Assembly (NCBI GenBank): GCA_002010215.1
Contig: MTMY01000044.1
Coordinates: 1 to 42,499, forward strand
Reading direction: 5' to 3'
Length of the DNA: 42,499 nt
From: Archaeoglobus sp. JdFR-37
GTDB lineage: Archaea; Halobacteriota; Archaeoglobi; Archaeoglobales; Archaeoglobaceae
Shown here: in pieces, positions 18,295 through 28,389 of the stretch
How positions within the stretch are numbered: position 1 is the stretch's first letter
Layout: each line of letters opens with the position of its first letter
The notes under the pieces: generated by a model
What the model was told of the DNA's origin: nothing
Database searches by the model: none
What the model saw: the letters and a program-made list of their open reading frames with translations, nothing else
Position numbers and translations under genes: made by a program

Positions 18295-20082
18295 TTAATA
18301 GTGGATGTAGATGGTATTACCCTTCATTAAAGCCAGCCTCAATGCCTTCCCATTCTCGCTGTCCTTTTTAACCCTGATAACGCCCTTCCTGCCTACAGAA
18401 GCTGTGAAAAGGTACTCGTTCTCGGCATAAACATTGACCTGCCTTCCCTGAAGCCCATCAGCATAGATGATGTAATGCTTGCCTGTCTCATCTACGCTTG
18501 CTTCTCTTCTCTCCCCAAGTATTTCTTCCCTGAGGGGCTGGACCTCGATTCTGATGCCAAGCTCCTCCTCGATTTTGTGTATTCTTCTACCCTTCCTTCC
18601 GAGAAGATGAGGTATCTCATCCTCTGGAACCCTCACAACAACTTTCCGCTCACCTAGCGCCTCTATTTCGTATAATGAGAGGTAATCCTTTATCTTATTC
18701 TCTACAGCATTAGCTACTATTGTGTAATCAGCTTCCTCACCTTCAACGGGCATTACCACAACCTGCTCCCCGTAGGTGTAGATCTCGTACTCCACTCTCT
18801 TGGTCTCGAAATCAACAACCTCTATGACCGGCCTTGCAAGGTCAGCTTCAAACATGCCGTGGGGGACTTTAACGGTAAAGCGAAGCTCGTAGACCTTCGT
18901 AATCTTTCCGGCATCTATGAATATGACAGTGTCAACAACCTGAGGTATTACGCCCAGCTCAACCCTGCCGATCATTCGCTGAATTGCATCTATTGCTCGA
19001 GTTGCATGGGTTACACCTATCATTCCAACTCCCGCTAAACGCATATCTGCAAAAACCTGAAAGTCTGATGTCTTCCTTACCTCATCGTAAATTGTATAAT
19101 CGGGCCTTACAAGAAGTAGCACGTCTGCTGTGAGGCTCATATCACCTTCAAGTGGAGCGTACTGGGTTATCTCATCCCTGACCATCAAATCTCGGGGGCT
19201 CTCCATTGTCTTGACCATGTATCCATTCTCCATCAGGAAGTTTGCAACGCTTGCAGCGAACGTGGACTTGCCGGCTCCAGGTGGGCCGGAGATAAGGATA
19301 CCTCTCTGCCTCTCCACGATCCTCCTCTTGAGCTCCTCACTTATGCCGTATTCCTCTATGCTCACTTTTGCAATTGGTCTCACAGCGGTTATTTCCATGC
19401 GGTCTGCAAAGGGCCTTTCGGCAATGGCTATTCTCAGATCTCTGAGCTGAACAACAGTAACGCCATGCCTCTCTATCTCTATGCTGCTCTCCTCATCCTG
19501 CCTGGCAACCTCAAGGATTTCATGTGCGATTTTTCTGAGGTCTGAGAGCTCCATTACCTCATCGCTGAGCTTCACAAGCTTCAGAGCACCTATCCTTCCC
19601 CGCTTTGCATAAGGCTCAACCCCCTCTCTCAGATGGACACTAGCTGTATCAGATGTGAAAAAGCTGTAAATGGTGGTTTCATCTGGCTTTTTACGGTCTC
19701 TGGTCACATAATAAGCATCAATGCCCTTGGCAATTGCAACAAGGTACTGAACCCTGTCGCTGGTGAGAAGGACTGCTTTCTCCTCCTCTGCCACCTTTCT
19801 AATCAGATTATCTATCTCTCCACCTTTGGCAAGCCTTATCTCCTCAAGACCTGGTCTCTCGCCGAGAAACAACACATCGAATCCCAGTTTCTGGGAGAGT
19901 TCCTTTATCCTCCTTATCTCTTCCAGACCCTGGAATCCGCTCATCTTGCCAAAATTAGCCTGGGCTTCCAGTTCTGCAAGTGCCGCCTCAGGTATAATAA
20001 TAGTACCGCTAATCTCACCGCTTTCAATCATCATGGATACTCTTCCGTCTATAAGGACGCTAGTATCAACCACGTATTTCAT
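18295..20082 (-). CDS. PINA: PIN domain, ATPase and KH domain (Holliday-junction branch-migration ATPase family)
   Basis: VVDTSVLIDG (PIN), GPPGAGKST, RPDYTIYDEVR, LLGRKG KH motif. Confidence 0.9.
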   Translation of the reverse strand: MKYVVDTSVLIDGRVSMMIESGEISGTIIIPEAALAELEAQANFGKMSGFQGLEEIRRIKELSQKLGFDVLFLGERPGLEEIRLAKGGEIDNLIRKVAEEEKAVLLTSDRVQYLVAIAKGIDAYYVTRDRKKPDETTIYSFFTSDTASVHLREGVEPYAKRGRIGALKLVKLSDEVMELSDLRKIAHEILEVARQDEESSIEIERHGVTVVQLRDLRIAIAERPFADRMEITAVRPIAKVSIEEYGISEELKRRIVERQRGILISGPPGAGKSTFAASVANFLMENGYMVKTMESPRDLMVRDEITQYAPLEGDMSLTADVLLLVRPDYTIYDEVRKTSDFQVFADMRLAGVGMIGVTHATRAIDAIQRMIGRVELGVIPQVVDTVIFIDAGKITKVYELRFTVKVPHGMFEADLARPVIEVVDFETKRVEYEIYTYGEQVVVMPVEGEEADYTIVANAVENKIKDYLSLYEIEALGERKVVVRVPEDEIPHLLGRKGRRIHKIEEELGIRIEVQPLREEILGERREASVDETGKHYIIYADGLQGRQVNVYAENEYLFTASVGRKGVIRVKKDSENGKALRLALMKGNTIYIHY

Positions 20083-20145
20083 TCAAATCCCTCCACAGAT
20101 TTTTTTCTGCTTTCTTGCCCTTTATTCTGCTCTTCTGCCACTTCA

Positions 20146-20481
20146 TCATCTAACCTCATCATCCAATTTCTGAAAGAAGCATGAATAACTGCCAGTGTGA
20201 CAGGCAACTCCCTTTTGCCTGACGATGTAGAGCAAAGCATCACCATCGCAATCTATCCTTACCTCAACCACATCCTGAAAATTTCCAGAGGTCTCACCCT
20301 TCACCCATATCTTCTTTCTACTTCTACTCCAGTAATGGGCTTTCCTAGTTTTCAGTGTTAGCTTCAGAGCGTCCTCATTGGCATAAGCCAGCATGAGCAC
20401 CTCCTTTGTTTCCACATCTTGGACTATGACGGGCACAAGACCTTTTTCATTGAACTTCACATTCTTAAACACCACGTTCAT
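20146..20481 (-). CDS. hisI: Phosphoribosyl-AMP cyclohydrolase
   Basis: [29 protein letters not shown]. Confidence 0.95.
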   Translation of the reverse strand: MNVVFKNVKFNEKGLVPVIVQDVETKEVLMLAYANEDALKLTLKTRKAHYWSRSRKKIWVKGETSGNFQDVVEVRIDCDGDALLYIVRQKGVACHTGSYSCFFQKLDDEVR

Positions 20482-20541
20482 CTGATTTCAATTAGAGAAG
20501 GAAGTTTTATAAATACTTGCATGGATTAAAAACAGGGGAGA

Positions 20542-21258
20542 GTGATGAAAACGTTCAATACCGGCATAATGTCCCTCGATTCTCAACTGAATGGTGGATT
20601 CCGAGCTGGGAGCGTCGTTCTCGTTCTTGAAGACCCTGGAGCCGGAGGAGAGGTTTTTACTTATCATTTTGCCCTCGAAGGCGTAAAAAAGGAGGAGAGA
20701 GTTCTTTACGTTTGTACTGAAGACACGTCAGAGGAGATCGTTAACGGAATGATGAATCTTCTCGGCGTGCCTGAGGAGATTGCTAGGAAAATAGACTTCG
20801 TGGATGTGATCGGTCAGAGGCTCAGGATTGGCGGTGATGAAAGCGATCCCAGGAGTTTCATCAGGAGCATGCGATATGACCCCCTCAACGGCCTCAAGAG
20901 CCTTATTGAGAAAGAAAAATACGATAGAGTTATCATAAACAGCCTCTCCTACTTTGTGATGAATTACGAGGAAAGAGATGTTATAGGACTGGTTGAGACC
21001 TTCTCATTGCAATCAAAGAGAAATGAATCCATTTTCTTTGTCCTTCTTACCAAAGGCATGTTTAATCCCCAGTTTGAGACGACAATAAAGCACTTCGCCG
21101 ACGGAGTGATCGAGCTTACGCTGAAAGAGGTTGAGAATGAAGTTCAGAGAAGGTTTAAGATAATCAAACTGAAGAATGCATTCGTTCCAAAGGCAGTTCT
21201 CCGCTACGACATCGCCCAGAAAGGAATAAGGATGGAATCGGTGATGAGGGTGCTGTGA
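20542..21258 (+). CDS. RAD55/KaiC-like RecA-fold protein with a degenerate Walker A
   Basis: TGIMSLDSQLNGGF..DPGAGGEVF; ADGVIEL; RRFKIIKL. Confidence 0.8.
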   Translation: MMKTFNTGIMSLDSQLNGGFRAGSVVLVLEDPGAGGEVFTYHFALEGVKKEERVLYVCTEDTSEEIVNGMMNLLGVPEEIARKIDFVDVIGQRLRIGGDESDPRSFIRSMRYDPLNGLKSLIEKEKYDRVIINSLSYFVMNYEERDVIGLVETFSLQSKRNESIFFVLLTKGMFNPQFETTIKHFADGVIELTLKEVENEVQRRFKIIKLKNAFVPKAVLRYDIAQKGIRMESVMRVL

Positions 21259-21265
21259 AGGTGTT

Positions 21266-21751
21266 ATGGAAGGTTCTATGAAGATTGTCCAGGGAGAAAT
21301 AGAGGTAGAAAATGTCCAAGAGTTCCTGAGGGAGTTGAATGAGAAGGGATGCCAAGTAACTTTCATCAATGCAGATTATGTGGCGGACTTATCACACGTT
21401 GAATTCGCTGCGAAAAAAGCCATCAAAGCCTGGAATGAGGGCAAAAGAATATCCAGAAGCCTAACTATGGAGATTCTGCTTTACACAGCAGCAACCCGTC
21501 AGATCTGGAAAGCCCTTGAACTCGGGCTGAAAGAAGGAAAGAATAGGGTTGTGACCGTCGTTCTGAACGATTGCAACCTCTCAAAATTTGGATTTCATGA
21601 AGAAGGAGTGCTAAAGCTGGATAGCTCGAAAATAAAGAGGATTATGGAATTTTTTGAGATAAGTGATGAAGAGCTGAAAATTGCTGAGGTTGAGAAGCTT
21701 CCACTGCTGGTCAGGGAGAGAATTCTCCTCTTCTGTCTTTCTGAATTTTAA
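21266..21751 (+). CDS. cgi121: KEOPS complex subunit Cgi121
   Basis: NADYV..HVEFAA..A, MEILLYTAATRQI..AL..GLK. Confidence 0.88.
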   Translation: MEGSMKIVQGEIEVENVQEFLRELNEKGCQVTFINADYVADLSHVEFAAKKAIKAWNEGKRISRSLTMEILLYTAATRQIWKALELGLKEGKNRVVTVVLNDCNLSKFGFHEEGVLKLDSSKIKRIMEFFEISDEELKIAEVEKLPLLVRERILLFCLSEF

Positions 21752-21909
21752 GGCAGATTTGAGGCTTTAGGGCACGTTAAAGTCAGCTGTCATTTTTATC
21801 TGCCCTTTCAGCACTCCTCCTAAGTTTATCCATGTTTATCTCCTTCTCTCAACTCTCCACAATCTCTGTTTCCCACGATTATAAATTTGAATGAAAAAAT
21901 ATTAGTCAT

Positions 21910-22947
21910 TTATTTCAAAATTTTAGGTACATTCTCGCTATATGGTGGGAAAACAACACCTCTCTCGGTTATCAGTGCCGTGACGTATTCAAGGGGTGTA
22001 AAGTCAAATGCTGGATTGAATACTTTGGTATTCTCGGGAGCTATCAGGCTCTGTCTGCACTTCACATGGCAGTATAAGAGCTCTTCTCTGCTTCTTTCTT
22101 CTATTGTGACGTCTTTCCCGCTCTTCTCCCAGTCGAAGGTGGTAACTGGGGCGGCGATGAAGAAGGGCAGGCCGTGTTCTTTGGCAAGAACCGCAAGCGT
22201 ATAAGTGCCAATTTTGTTGAAGACCCCATCTCTGACGATTCTATCAGCTCCAGCAATCACCTTGTCAACCATCCCCTTTTGCATCACTATTCCCGCCATA
22301 CTGTCCGCTATGAGGGTAACATCGATACCATCATTCATGAGCTCCCAGACGGTGAGGCGTGAGCCCTGATTCAGAGGGCGAGTTTCACATGCAAAAACTC
22401 TGATATTCTTACCTTCCTGAACAGCGCTCCTTATAACTCCAAGAGCTGTCCCCCATTCAACTGTCGCAAGGCTTCCGGTGTTGCAGATTGTAAGGATGCT
22501 ATCACCATCTTCCAGCAACTTCGCTCCAAAGCTTCCTATGAGCTTGTTTCTCTGAATGTCTTCTTCAGCGATTGCTTCAGCTTCCTTAAGCGTTAATTCT
22601 CTCAGCTCTTTGACGCTTCCAGCCTTTATGGCCACATTAAGAACCCTATTAATCCCCCTGAAGAGGTTTACAGCCGTTGGACGTGTGGAGGCAAGCAGCT
22701 CTGCTCTTCGCTTAATATGTTCCATTGCCTCCTCAACACTTCCGAAGTTCTTTTCGTGGGCTGCCAGAGTAATTCCATAGGCGCCAGCAGCCTCAAGGGC
22801 TGGAGCCCCCCTTATAGCAAGCCTCTTAATGGCATCTGTCAGTTCCTCAACGTTTCTACAATGGAGAATTGTTAACTCATCTGGCAGCCTTGTCTGATCT
22901 ATGAGCTTAACTCCATCCTCCCAGAATATGGTTCGCATGCTCTGCAT
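21910..22947 (-). CDS. mtnA: S-methyl-5-thioribose-1-phosphate isomerase (aIF-2B family)
   Basis: IDQTRLP, IRGAP, TRPTAVNL, CETRPLNQG, GADRI, NKIGT, NPAFDFTP. Confidence 0.9.
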   Translation of the reverse strand: MQSMRTIFWEDGVKLIDQTRLPDELTILHCRNVEELTDAIKRLAIRGAPALEAAGAYGITLAAHEKNFGSVEEAMEHIKRRAELLASTRPTAVNLFRGINRVLNVAIKAGSVKELRELTLKEAEAIAEEDIQRNKLIGSFGAKLLEDGDSILTICNTGSLATVEWGTALGVIRSAVQEGKNIRVFACETRPLNQGSRLTVWELMNDGIDVTLIADSMAGIVMQKGMVDKVIAGADRIVRDGVFNKIGTYTLAVLAKEHGLPFFIAAPVTTFDWEKSGKDVTIEERSREELLYCHVKCRQSLIAPENTKVFNPAFDFTPLEYVTALITERGVVFPPYSENVPKILK

Positions 22948-23000
22948 TGTCTGTGAAGTTTTTTAAGTTTCATCCTCGTGGCCATCTCTAATCACCTCGA

Positions 23001-23462
23001 TCAATCCCCACATCTATGCCACCACCAGTCATCCATATAGGTCTGCAGAAGAAGGATGATGAACCAGAAAGGGATGAAAAAGACCGCATATCTGAGATCA
23101 GGTTGAGGATGGAGCAGCAGAATCAGGAGCAGAAGAGCTGGAATTGGTCTCATGAAAGAGGAGAGTTTGGAGGGGGCATTAAGATTCAGACAGTGAACGA
23201 AGCGAGAGGTAGAATAAGTGAATACGATGAAATACAAGGTTGCAGTCTGAAAATTAGTTCTAAAAGCGAAAATGAATGATAGAAGACTGATGACTGCTAC
23301 AAAAAGCAGATGAAGTTTGATATTCGCTTCAAGCCGTGTTGCATAGAATGTAAAGTATGCGGTACCTACTATTAAAAGCGGCGTTTCAAATATGCCGTAA
23401 AACCAAAGAATAAAGATGGCGAACAGCAGGATACTAGAAGCAATATATCTGAATTTTACCAT
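23001..23462 (-). CDS. Hypothetical multi-pass membrane protein
   Basis: 153-aa hydrophobic ORF with ATG start and an AT-rich upstream region. Confidence 0.55.
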   Translation of the reverse strand: MVKFRYIASSILLFAIFILWFYGIFETPLLIVGTAYFTFYATRLEANIKLHLLFVAVISLLSFIFAFRTNFQTATLYFIVFTYSTSRFVHCLNLNAPSKLSSFMRPIPALLLLILLLHPQPDLRYAVFFIPFWFIILLLQTYMDDWWWHRCGD

Positions 23463-23739
23463 GACGTATGATTCTGATTTAATTCAATTAACATTTTTTG
23501 CGATGGTGAAATCATACATTTTTCTGAAACTTTGGGGTAAGAGAGGGGCTAGGTGGGCGAGATAAATGAATGTGGTGATAAATAAAAAAGGATGGTAAAT
23601 ATCAATACAGCTGAGCAGAATAATTTTTGAAATAATCCCCCGAATAACCGGATATATGCATCAAAATACAACTCTAACCTTAATAAGCACCTTAACATCC
23701 AGATAAAAGAGTCTTGTTTAAATCAAAAGGGTCCTAAAA

Positions 23740-24303
23740 CTATTCTATCTCATCCCCAGCTATCTCAATAACAGTCATTCCTGTTTTGAGTTCTGAAGCC
23801 TCCTCTTCGCTCAAGCTCTCCCAGAAAGCGTCATCGCTCACAATCATGCTGTTTCCGAAGGGGTCTTCAATAACAACTGTCAGCTCCTCTTCGCCTTCCA
23901 TAGCAAGTTTCAGCTTCTCCAGAATTCTGTCGCAGATGACGACCTTCTCCGCATCTTCTTGGTTCCATCTCCTAGCAGTCTTCACTATGTCTTCGAACCT
24001 CATCAGAATGCCCTCAACATTGGTTATAAAGCCCTGGCTTGCAGGACCAGGCTCCATGGCCAGACCAAGCTCCGGTATTTTCACTGTGCCCGAAGAGGAG
24101 CGAATCACCTTTGCAAAGAGGTTCTCTTGGTTAACTTTTATGATAAATCTCGTGGGTTCCTTTATTTCGGTAATAATTGCATCTGCATGCCTGAAACCGC
24201 ACTGACAGACGATGGAGGTAAGTAGGATTTTACCAAAGTACGGGGCATCGTAGGTAGTGAAGGTGATTTTTATTTCCCTACCACACCCCGGGCAGGAGGC
24301 TAT
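23740..24303 (-). CDS. ZPR1-type zinc-finger protein, apparently initiating at ATA
   Basis: Frame is open upstream of GTG 24108: IASCPGCG..PYFG..CQCGFRHAD; GPASQGFITNVEG; in-frame TGA at 24333-24331. Confidence 0.85.
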   Translation of the reverse strand: MASCPGCGREIKITFTTYDAPYFGKILLTSIVCQCGFRHADAIITEIKEPTRFIIKVNQENLFAKVIRSSSGTVKIPELGLAMEPGPASQGFITNVEGILMRFEDIVKTARRWNQEDAEKVVICDRILEKLKLAMEGEEELTVVIEDPFGNSMIVSDDAFWESLSEEEASELKTGMTVIEIAGDEIE

Positions 24304-24668
24304 CTCTTGACCCCCCTGATCTTCTGTCTGTCAACTTTGACGCCATTGGGCGTGATTATTATGTAATCGTCACCCAATCCTACGATATCTCCATTAATCT
24401 CCTCCACAAAACCTGTTAGGTCTTTTATTATCCTGTCCAATGTGAGCTTGTCGTGTCTGATATAAGCAATATCGGCAATCACAATGTTCCCATCATAAAT
24501 CTGCCTTTTGATTTCAGGAATCTCGTTTATTCCCGTAACCTCAGCTACTTTGATGTGCATTGCAGCTTCCGCTTCTATTTCAGCTTCGTATTCACTCAGA
24601 TCCAATTCCTCATAATCTTCCACTGCCATCTTCTCTTCTTTTCCAAGGAGTTTTTCAAGAAATCCCAT
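24300..24668 (-). CDS. sepF: Archaeal SepF-like protein
   Basis: MGFLEKLLG amphipathic N-terminus; YDGNIVIADI; GDIVGL..IIITP.GVKVDR. Confidence 0.8.
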   Translation of the reverse strand: MGFLEKLLGKEEKMAVEDYEELDLSEYEAEIEAEAAMHIKVAEVTGINEIPEIKRQIYDGNIVIADIAYIRHDKLTLDRIIKDLTGFVEEINGDIVGLGDDYIIITPNGVKVDRQKIRGVKR

Positions 24669-24708
24669 ACTTCATCCCCCTCAAAACTGCAACCATCAAA
24701 TATTTAAC

Positions 24709-25176
24709 CTATTTGCTGAAGAAATTCCAGATGTCATCTTTCAGGTGATGAATTGTCTTAACAGCTTTTCCTTTCTCACCCATCATTTCCGGGCCATTTA
24801 CTAACGCTACACCCACAGCTATTGGTGATGCTTTGCCTTCAACAGTGACATACACAAAATCTCCTTCTTTTGTGTCCTCATCAGCATAAACGATGCCGGG
24901 CTTCATGACGTCGGCACCATTCATAATGTATGGCAGTGCTCCGTTGTCAACAGTCACCCTCCCCTTTCCAGGCCTGAATTTCAGCAGTCCGAAGAGCGTC
25001 AGGTAGTGCTTCCCACCATACTCCAGAAGAAGAGGCTCGTTCTCCACCAGTATCACTTTCAGCGTTTTAAATTCAACCTCATCCATATCTCCCTTGATTT
25101 CGAAACCGTATTCCTGCATTTCCTCTGCAATTCTTTTCGCCTCTTTCTTTCTGAGCCTCCGCCTCTTCATTGGCAT
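24709..25176 (-). CDS. PUA-domain RNA-binding protein (MCT-1/Tma20-like)
   Basis: VTVDNGA..IMNGADVMKPGI, KGKAVKTIHH..D.IW. Confidence 0.88.
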   Translation of the reverse strand: MPMKRRRLRKKEAKRIAEEMQEYGFEIKGDMDEVEFKTLKVILVENEPLLLEYGGKHYLTLFGLLKFRPGKGRVTVDNGALPYIMNGADVMKPGIVYADEDTKEGDFVYVTVEGKASPIAVGVALVNGPEMMGEKGKAVKTIHHLKDDIWNFFSK

Positions 25177-25243
25177 CCTCCGATATTTTTAAATATTCAG
25201 CACCTCACCCATCATAAAAGTCTTTTTGATGGAGGAAGGAATC

Positions 25244-25471
25244 ATGGCAAACAGACCGCTGGATGTGCTGAATAAAGCTTTGAGAACTCCCGTAATTGTA
25301 AGGCTCAAAGGGGGAAGAGAGTTCAGGGGAGTTCTGGACGGTTACGATATTCACATGAACCTTGTCCTTGAAAATGCCGAAGAGATTCAGGAAGGGGATG
25401 TTGTAAGAAAACTCGGCAGTGTCGTTATAAGAGGAGATACAATCGTTTTCGTATCTCCTTCACAGGTGTGA
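25244..25471 (+). CDS. Archaeal Sm/LSm protein
   Basis: [24 protein letters not shown]; start at ATG 25244 after GGAGG. Confidence 0.93.
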   Translation: MANRPLDVLNKALRTPVIVRLKGGREFRGVLDGYDIHMNLVLENAEEIQEGDVVRKLGSVVIRGDTIVFVSPSQV

Positions 25472-25480
25472 GGTGGTGCA

Positions 25481-25660
25481 ATGTCCGAAGGAACGGCTTC
25501 AATGGGAAAGAGAGGCAGGAGAATCGTTCATATTAAGTGCAGGAGATGTGGTAGGGTTTCTTTCCACAGAAGAAAGGGTTACTGCGCTGCCTGTGGTTTT
25601 GGAAGGAGCAAGAGGCTGAGAAGCTACAATTGGGTAAGAAAGAAAAAGGATTCTTACTGA
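25481..25660 (+). CDS. rpl37e: 50S ribosomal protein L37e (absent from the ORF track, 59 aa)
   Basis: Manual translation [51 protein letters not shown]..; SD GAGGTGG; known Sm-L37e synteny. Confidence 0.95.
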   Translation: MSEGTASMGKRGRRIVHIKCRRCGRVSFHRRKGYCAACGFGRSKRLRSYNWVRKKKDSY

Positions 25661-25661
25661 A

Positions 25662-27026
25662 ATGTGCGGGGTAGTTGGAGTCTATTCTTCAAACCCATCC
25701 CTTTCTTCCCGGATAGCATATTACTCTCTTTTCTCCCTCCAGCACCGTGGCCAAGAATCTGCAGGCATGGTTGTCAGCTCTAAAGATCATGTTTACATCC
25801 ACAAGGGCATGGGGCTTGTCAGTGAGGTTTTCGATGAAGAAATCCTTGACAGAATGAATGGCAGCGTAGCTGTTGGGCATGTGCGATACTCAACAACTGG
25901 AGAGAGCAGACTTGAGAATGCCCAGCCCTTACACGTCAAAACCGCAAGGGGACATGTTTCCATAGCCCACAATGGAAATCTGGTCAACTACTGGGAGCTG
26001 AGAAAAGGGCTGGAAAAAGAGGGTAGGGTTTTTCTGACCGATTCAGATACAGAGGTCATCGCACAGCTCCTTTCAAATCTCATGCTTGATGGAGACTACT
26101 TTGAAGCTCTGAAAAAGCTCAATGACATCCTGGTTGGAAGCTATACTCTAGCTCTGAGCATCGACGACGTGCTTATAGGATATCGTGACCCCCTAGGATT
26201 CAAACCCCTGTGTGTCGGAGAGAGCGATGAAGGAGTTGTTATAGCCAGCGAGTCATGTGCGCTGGATGCGGTTGGAGCGAGATTTGTGAGAGACGTTGAG
26301 CCTGGAGAAGCGGTGATAGTGAAGGATGGCGAAGTTGAATTTGTGAGGATTGCTGAGAGTCCAAAAAGGTCATTCTGCGTCTTTGAATATATCTACTTCG
26401 CAAGGCCAGATTCAATCATTGATGGGCGAAGTGTTTATGATGTCAGATACAACATAGGCAGAATTCTGTATAGAGAGGCGCCGGTGGAGGCTGACATAAT
26501 CTCCCCGGTTCCTGACAGCGGTACCACTTCTTCTCTGGGCTTCGCATACGAATCAGGGATCAGGTATCTTGAAGCCCTCATCAAGAACCGTTACGTTGGC
26601 AGAACCTTCATCATGCCCGAGCAGAGGCTTCGTGAGTTCAGTGTGCACCTCAAAATGAACGCGATAAAGGAGAACGTGAAGAGTAAAAGGGTGGTTCTCA
26701 TCGATGACAGTATTGTTCGCGGCACTACAAGCCGGAAGATCGTTGACATGGTAAGAAATGCCGGAGCAAGGGAAGTACACTTCAGGGTTGGCAGCCCACC
26801 AATCGTTTCTCCCTGCTATTTCGGAATAGATATGTCCACCAGAGAAGAGCTTATAGCTTCCCGAAAAAGCGTTGAGGAGATACGGAGGGAGATTAACGCA
26901 GATAGCTTGGCATACCTTAGCATAGACGGTCTGCTGGAGGCTGTTGGATTTAAGAGAGAAGACCTCTGCCTTGCATGCCTTACAGGCGTTTACCCCGTCC
27001 CCATTCCCGGGGAAAGGTGTTGTTGA
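25662..27026 (+). CDS. purF: Amidophosphoribosyltransferase
   Basis: N-terminal MCG, QHRGQESAG, HVRYSTTG, DDSIVRGTTS, PCYFGID. Confidence 0.96.
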   Translation: MCGVVGVYSSNPSLSSRIAYYSLFSLQHRGQESAGMVVSSKDHVYIHKGMGLVSEVFDEEILDRMNGSVAVGHVRYSTTGESRLENAQPLHVKTARGHVSIAHNGNLVNYWELRKGLEKEGRVFLTDSDTEVIAQLLSNLMLDGDYFEALKKLNDILVGSYTLALSIDDVLIGYRDPLGFKPLCVGESDEGVVIASESCALDAVGARFVRDVEPGEAVIVKDGEVEFVRIAESPKRSFCVFEYIYFARPDSIIDGRSVYDVRYNIGRILYREAPVEADIISPVPDSGTTSSLGFAYESGIRYLEALIKNRYVGRTFIMPEQRLREFSVHLKMNAIKENVKSKRVVLIDDSIVRGTTSRKIVDMVRNAGAREVHFRVGSPPIVSPCYFGIDMSTREELIASRKSVEEIRREINADSLAYLSIDGLLEAVGFKREDLCLACLTGVYPVPIPGERCC

Positions 27027-27068
27027 TTATTTAATCAACCATGGTGAGGAGTTCCATGAGGTGGTTAA

Positions 27069-27629
27069 ATGGTCCCTGAAAAACCCGACAGAAACCAGGC
27101 AATCGAACTCCTGAAAAAATATGTAAGTGAGAACCTCTTCAAGCACTGCATTGCGACGGCAGCAATCATGAGGGAAGTTGCGAAAGAGCTTAGAGAGGAC
27201 GATGAGCTCTGGGAGGTCATCGGCATTCTACACGATATAGATTATGACGTGGTTGGAGAGGACATGGAGAAGCACGGCATAGAGGGGCAGCGAATTCTGC
27301 TGGAGAATGGTGTTAGCCAAGAGATTGCAGAGATCATTGGCAGACACAACCACATGCTGTTTGGAGAATACGACAAGCCAGTCGAGATTACTCTTCAGGC
27401 TGCAGACAGCATTTCAGGGTTGATAGTTGCCTGTGCTCTTGTTAAAGGCGGTAAGGTAACAGATGTGAGCGTTAAAACTGTCAAAAAGAAATTTAAGGAA
27501 AAGAGCTTTGCTGCTGGTTGTGACAGAGACAGAATAAGGCTGATTGAGAAAATTATGCCCCTGGAGAAGTTCTTTGAGGTGGCAATCAGAGGTGTGGTGA
27601 GTGTCAGAGAAGAGCTCGGACTATCGTAG
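27069..27629 (+). CDS. HD-domain metal-dependent phosphohydrolase
   Basis: KHC, GILHDIDY, HG, HN, AAD; KEKSFAAG. Confidence 0.85.
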   Translation: MVPEKPDRNQAIELLKKYVSENLFKHCIATAAIMREVAKELREDDELWEVIGILHDIDYDVVGEDMEKHGIEGQRILLENGVSQEIAEIIGRHNHMLFGEYDKPVEITLQAADSISGLIVACALVKGGKVTDVSVKTVKKKFKEKSFAAGCDRDRIRLIEKIMPLEKFFEVAIRGVVSVREELGLS

Positions 27630-28371
27630 CATTGCCGTCATGGGAGCAGGAAATTTGGGCTCAGCCATAGCTGTGGCTTTGAGTAAGGATTATGACGTCA
27701 TTGCCGTCAGAAGAGACGTATCAAAGATTTCCTGGCTGGAGGAGCACGGAGTTGCTGTGACCAGCGATAATGTTGAGGCAACAAATAGAGCAGATGCAAT
27801 AATTATCTGCGTTAAGCCCAAAGACACCATTCCTGTTCTCTCAGAAATAAAGGATGTGTTGAGAGGTAAACCAGTAATAAGCTTCGCTGCCGCCGTGAAG
27901 CTGGAAGAGATTGCCAGGTACTGCCACAGACCCGTGAGAGCGATGACAAACATAGCCTCCCAGTTTGGAGATTCAATGGTTGTTTACTACTCGCTATTTG
28001 AGGATGACGGAATCCATGCACTCCTTTCGGCTCTGGGAAGAGTGCGGAAGGTTGACAGAGAGGAAATAGTGGATGTATCTACCGTTTTTCTCGGCAGCGC
28101 CCCCGCCTTCGTTTCACTGCTAATCCAAGCTTTCGAGTATGCTGGCATAAAATGCGGGCTGAATGCTGAACTTTCCAAAGAGATGGCAGCCTCAGCCTTC
28201 GCATCAACTTCAAAACTCATGGAATCTATGAGTCCCGATGAGATCATCGAGAAAATAGCAACCCCTGCCGGAACGACCATTGAGGGGCTGGTGAAGATGA
28301 AAGAACTTAAAGTTGAGTACTCAATAATCGAATCCTTAATGGCGGCAGTTGAAAAATTAAAGAAAATGTAG
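27601..28371 (+). CDS. proC: Pyrroline-5-carboxylate reductase
   Basis: GAGNLG, CVKP, RAMTN, GSAPAF, ATPAGTTIEG. Confidence 0.9.
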   Translation: MSEKSSDYRSIAVMGAGNLGSAIAVALSKDYDVIAVRRDVSKISWLEEHGVAVTSDNVEATNRADAIIICVKPKDTIPVLSEIKDVLRGKPVISFAAAVKLEEIARYCHRPVRAMTNIASQFGDSMVVYYSLFEDDGIHALLSALGRVRKVDREEIVDVSTVFLGSAPAFVSLLIQAFEYAGIKCGLNAELSKEMAASAFASTSKLMESMSPDEIIEKIATPAGTTIEGLVKMKELKVEYSIIESLMAAVEKLKKM

Positions 28372-28389
28372 TTTTCGGAAATCAAAGCT

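Noticed and set aside
21752..21909. Minus-strand TATA, SD-like sequence and a 16-codon ORF (MDKLRRSAERADKNDS)
   Set aside because: Too short and without recognisable similarity; cannot be supported
23463..23739. AT-rich intergenic region examined for RNA genes or repeats
   Set aside because: No tRNA, C/D-box or repeat structure recognised
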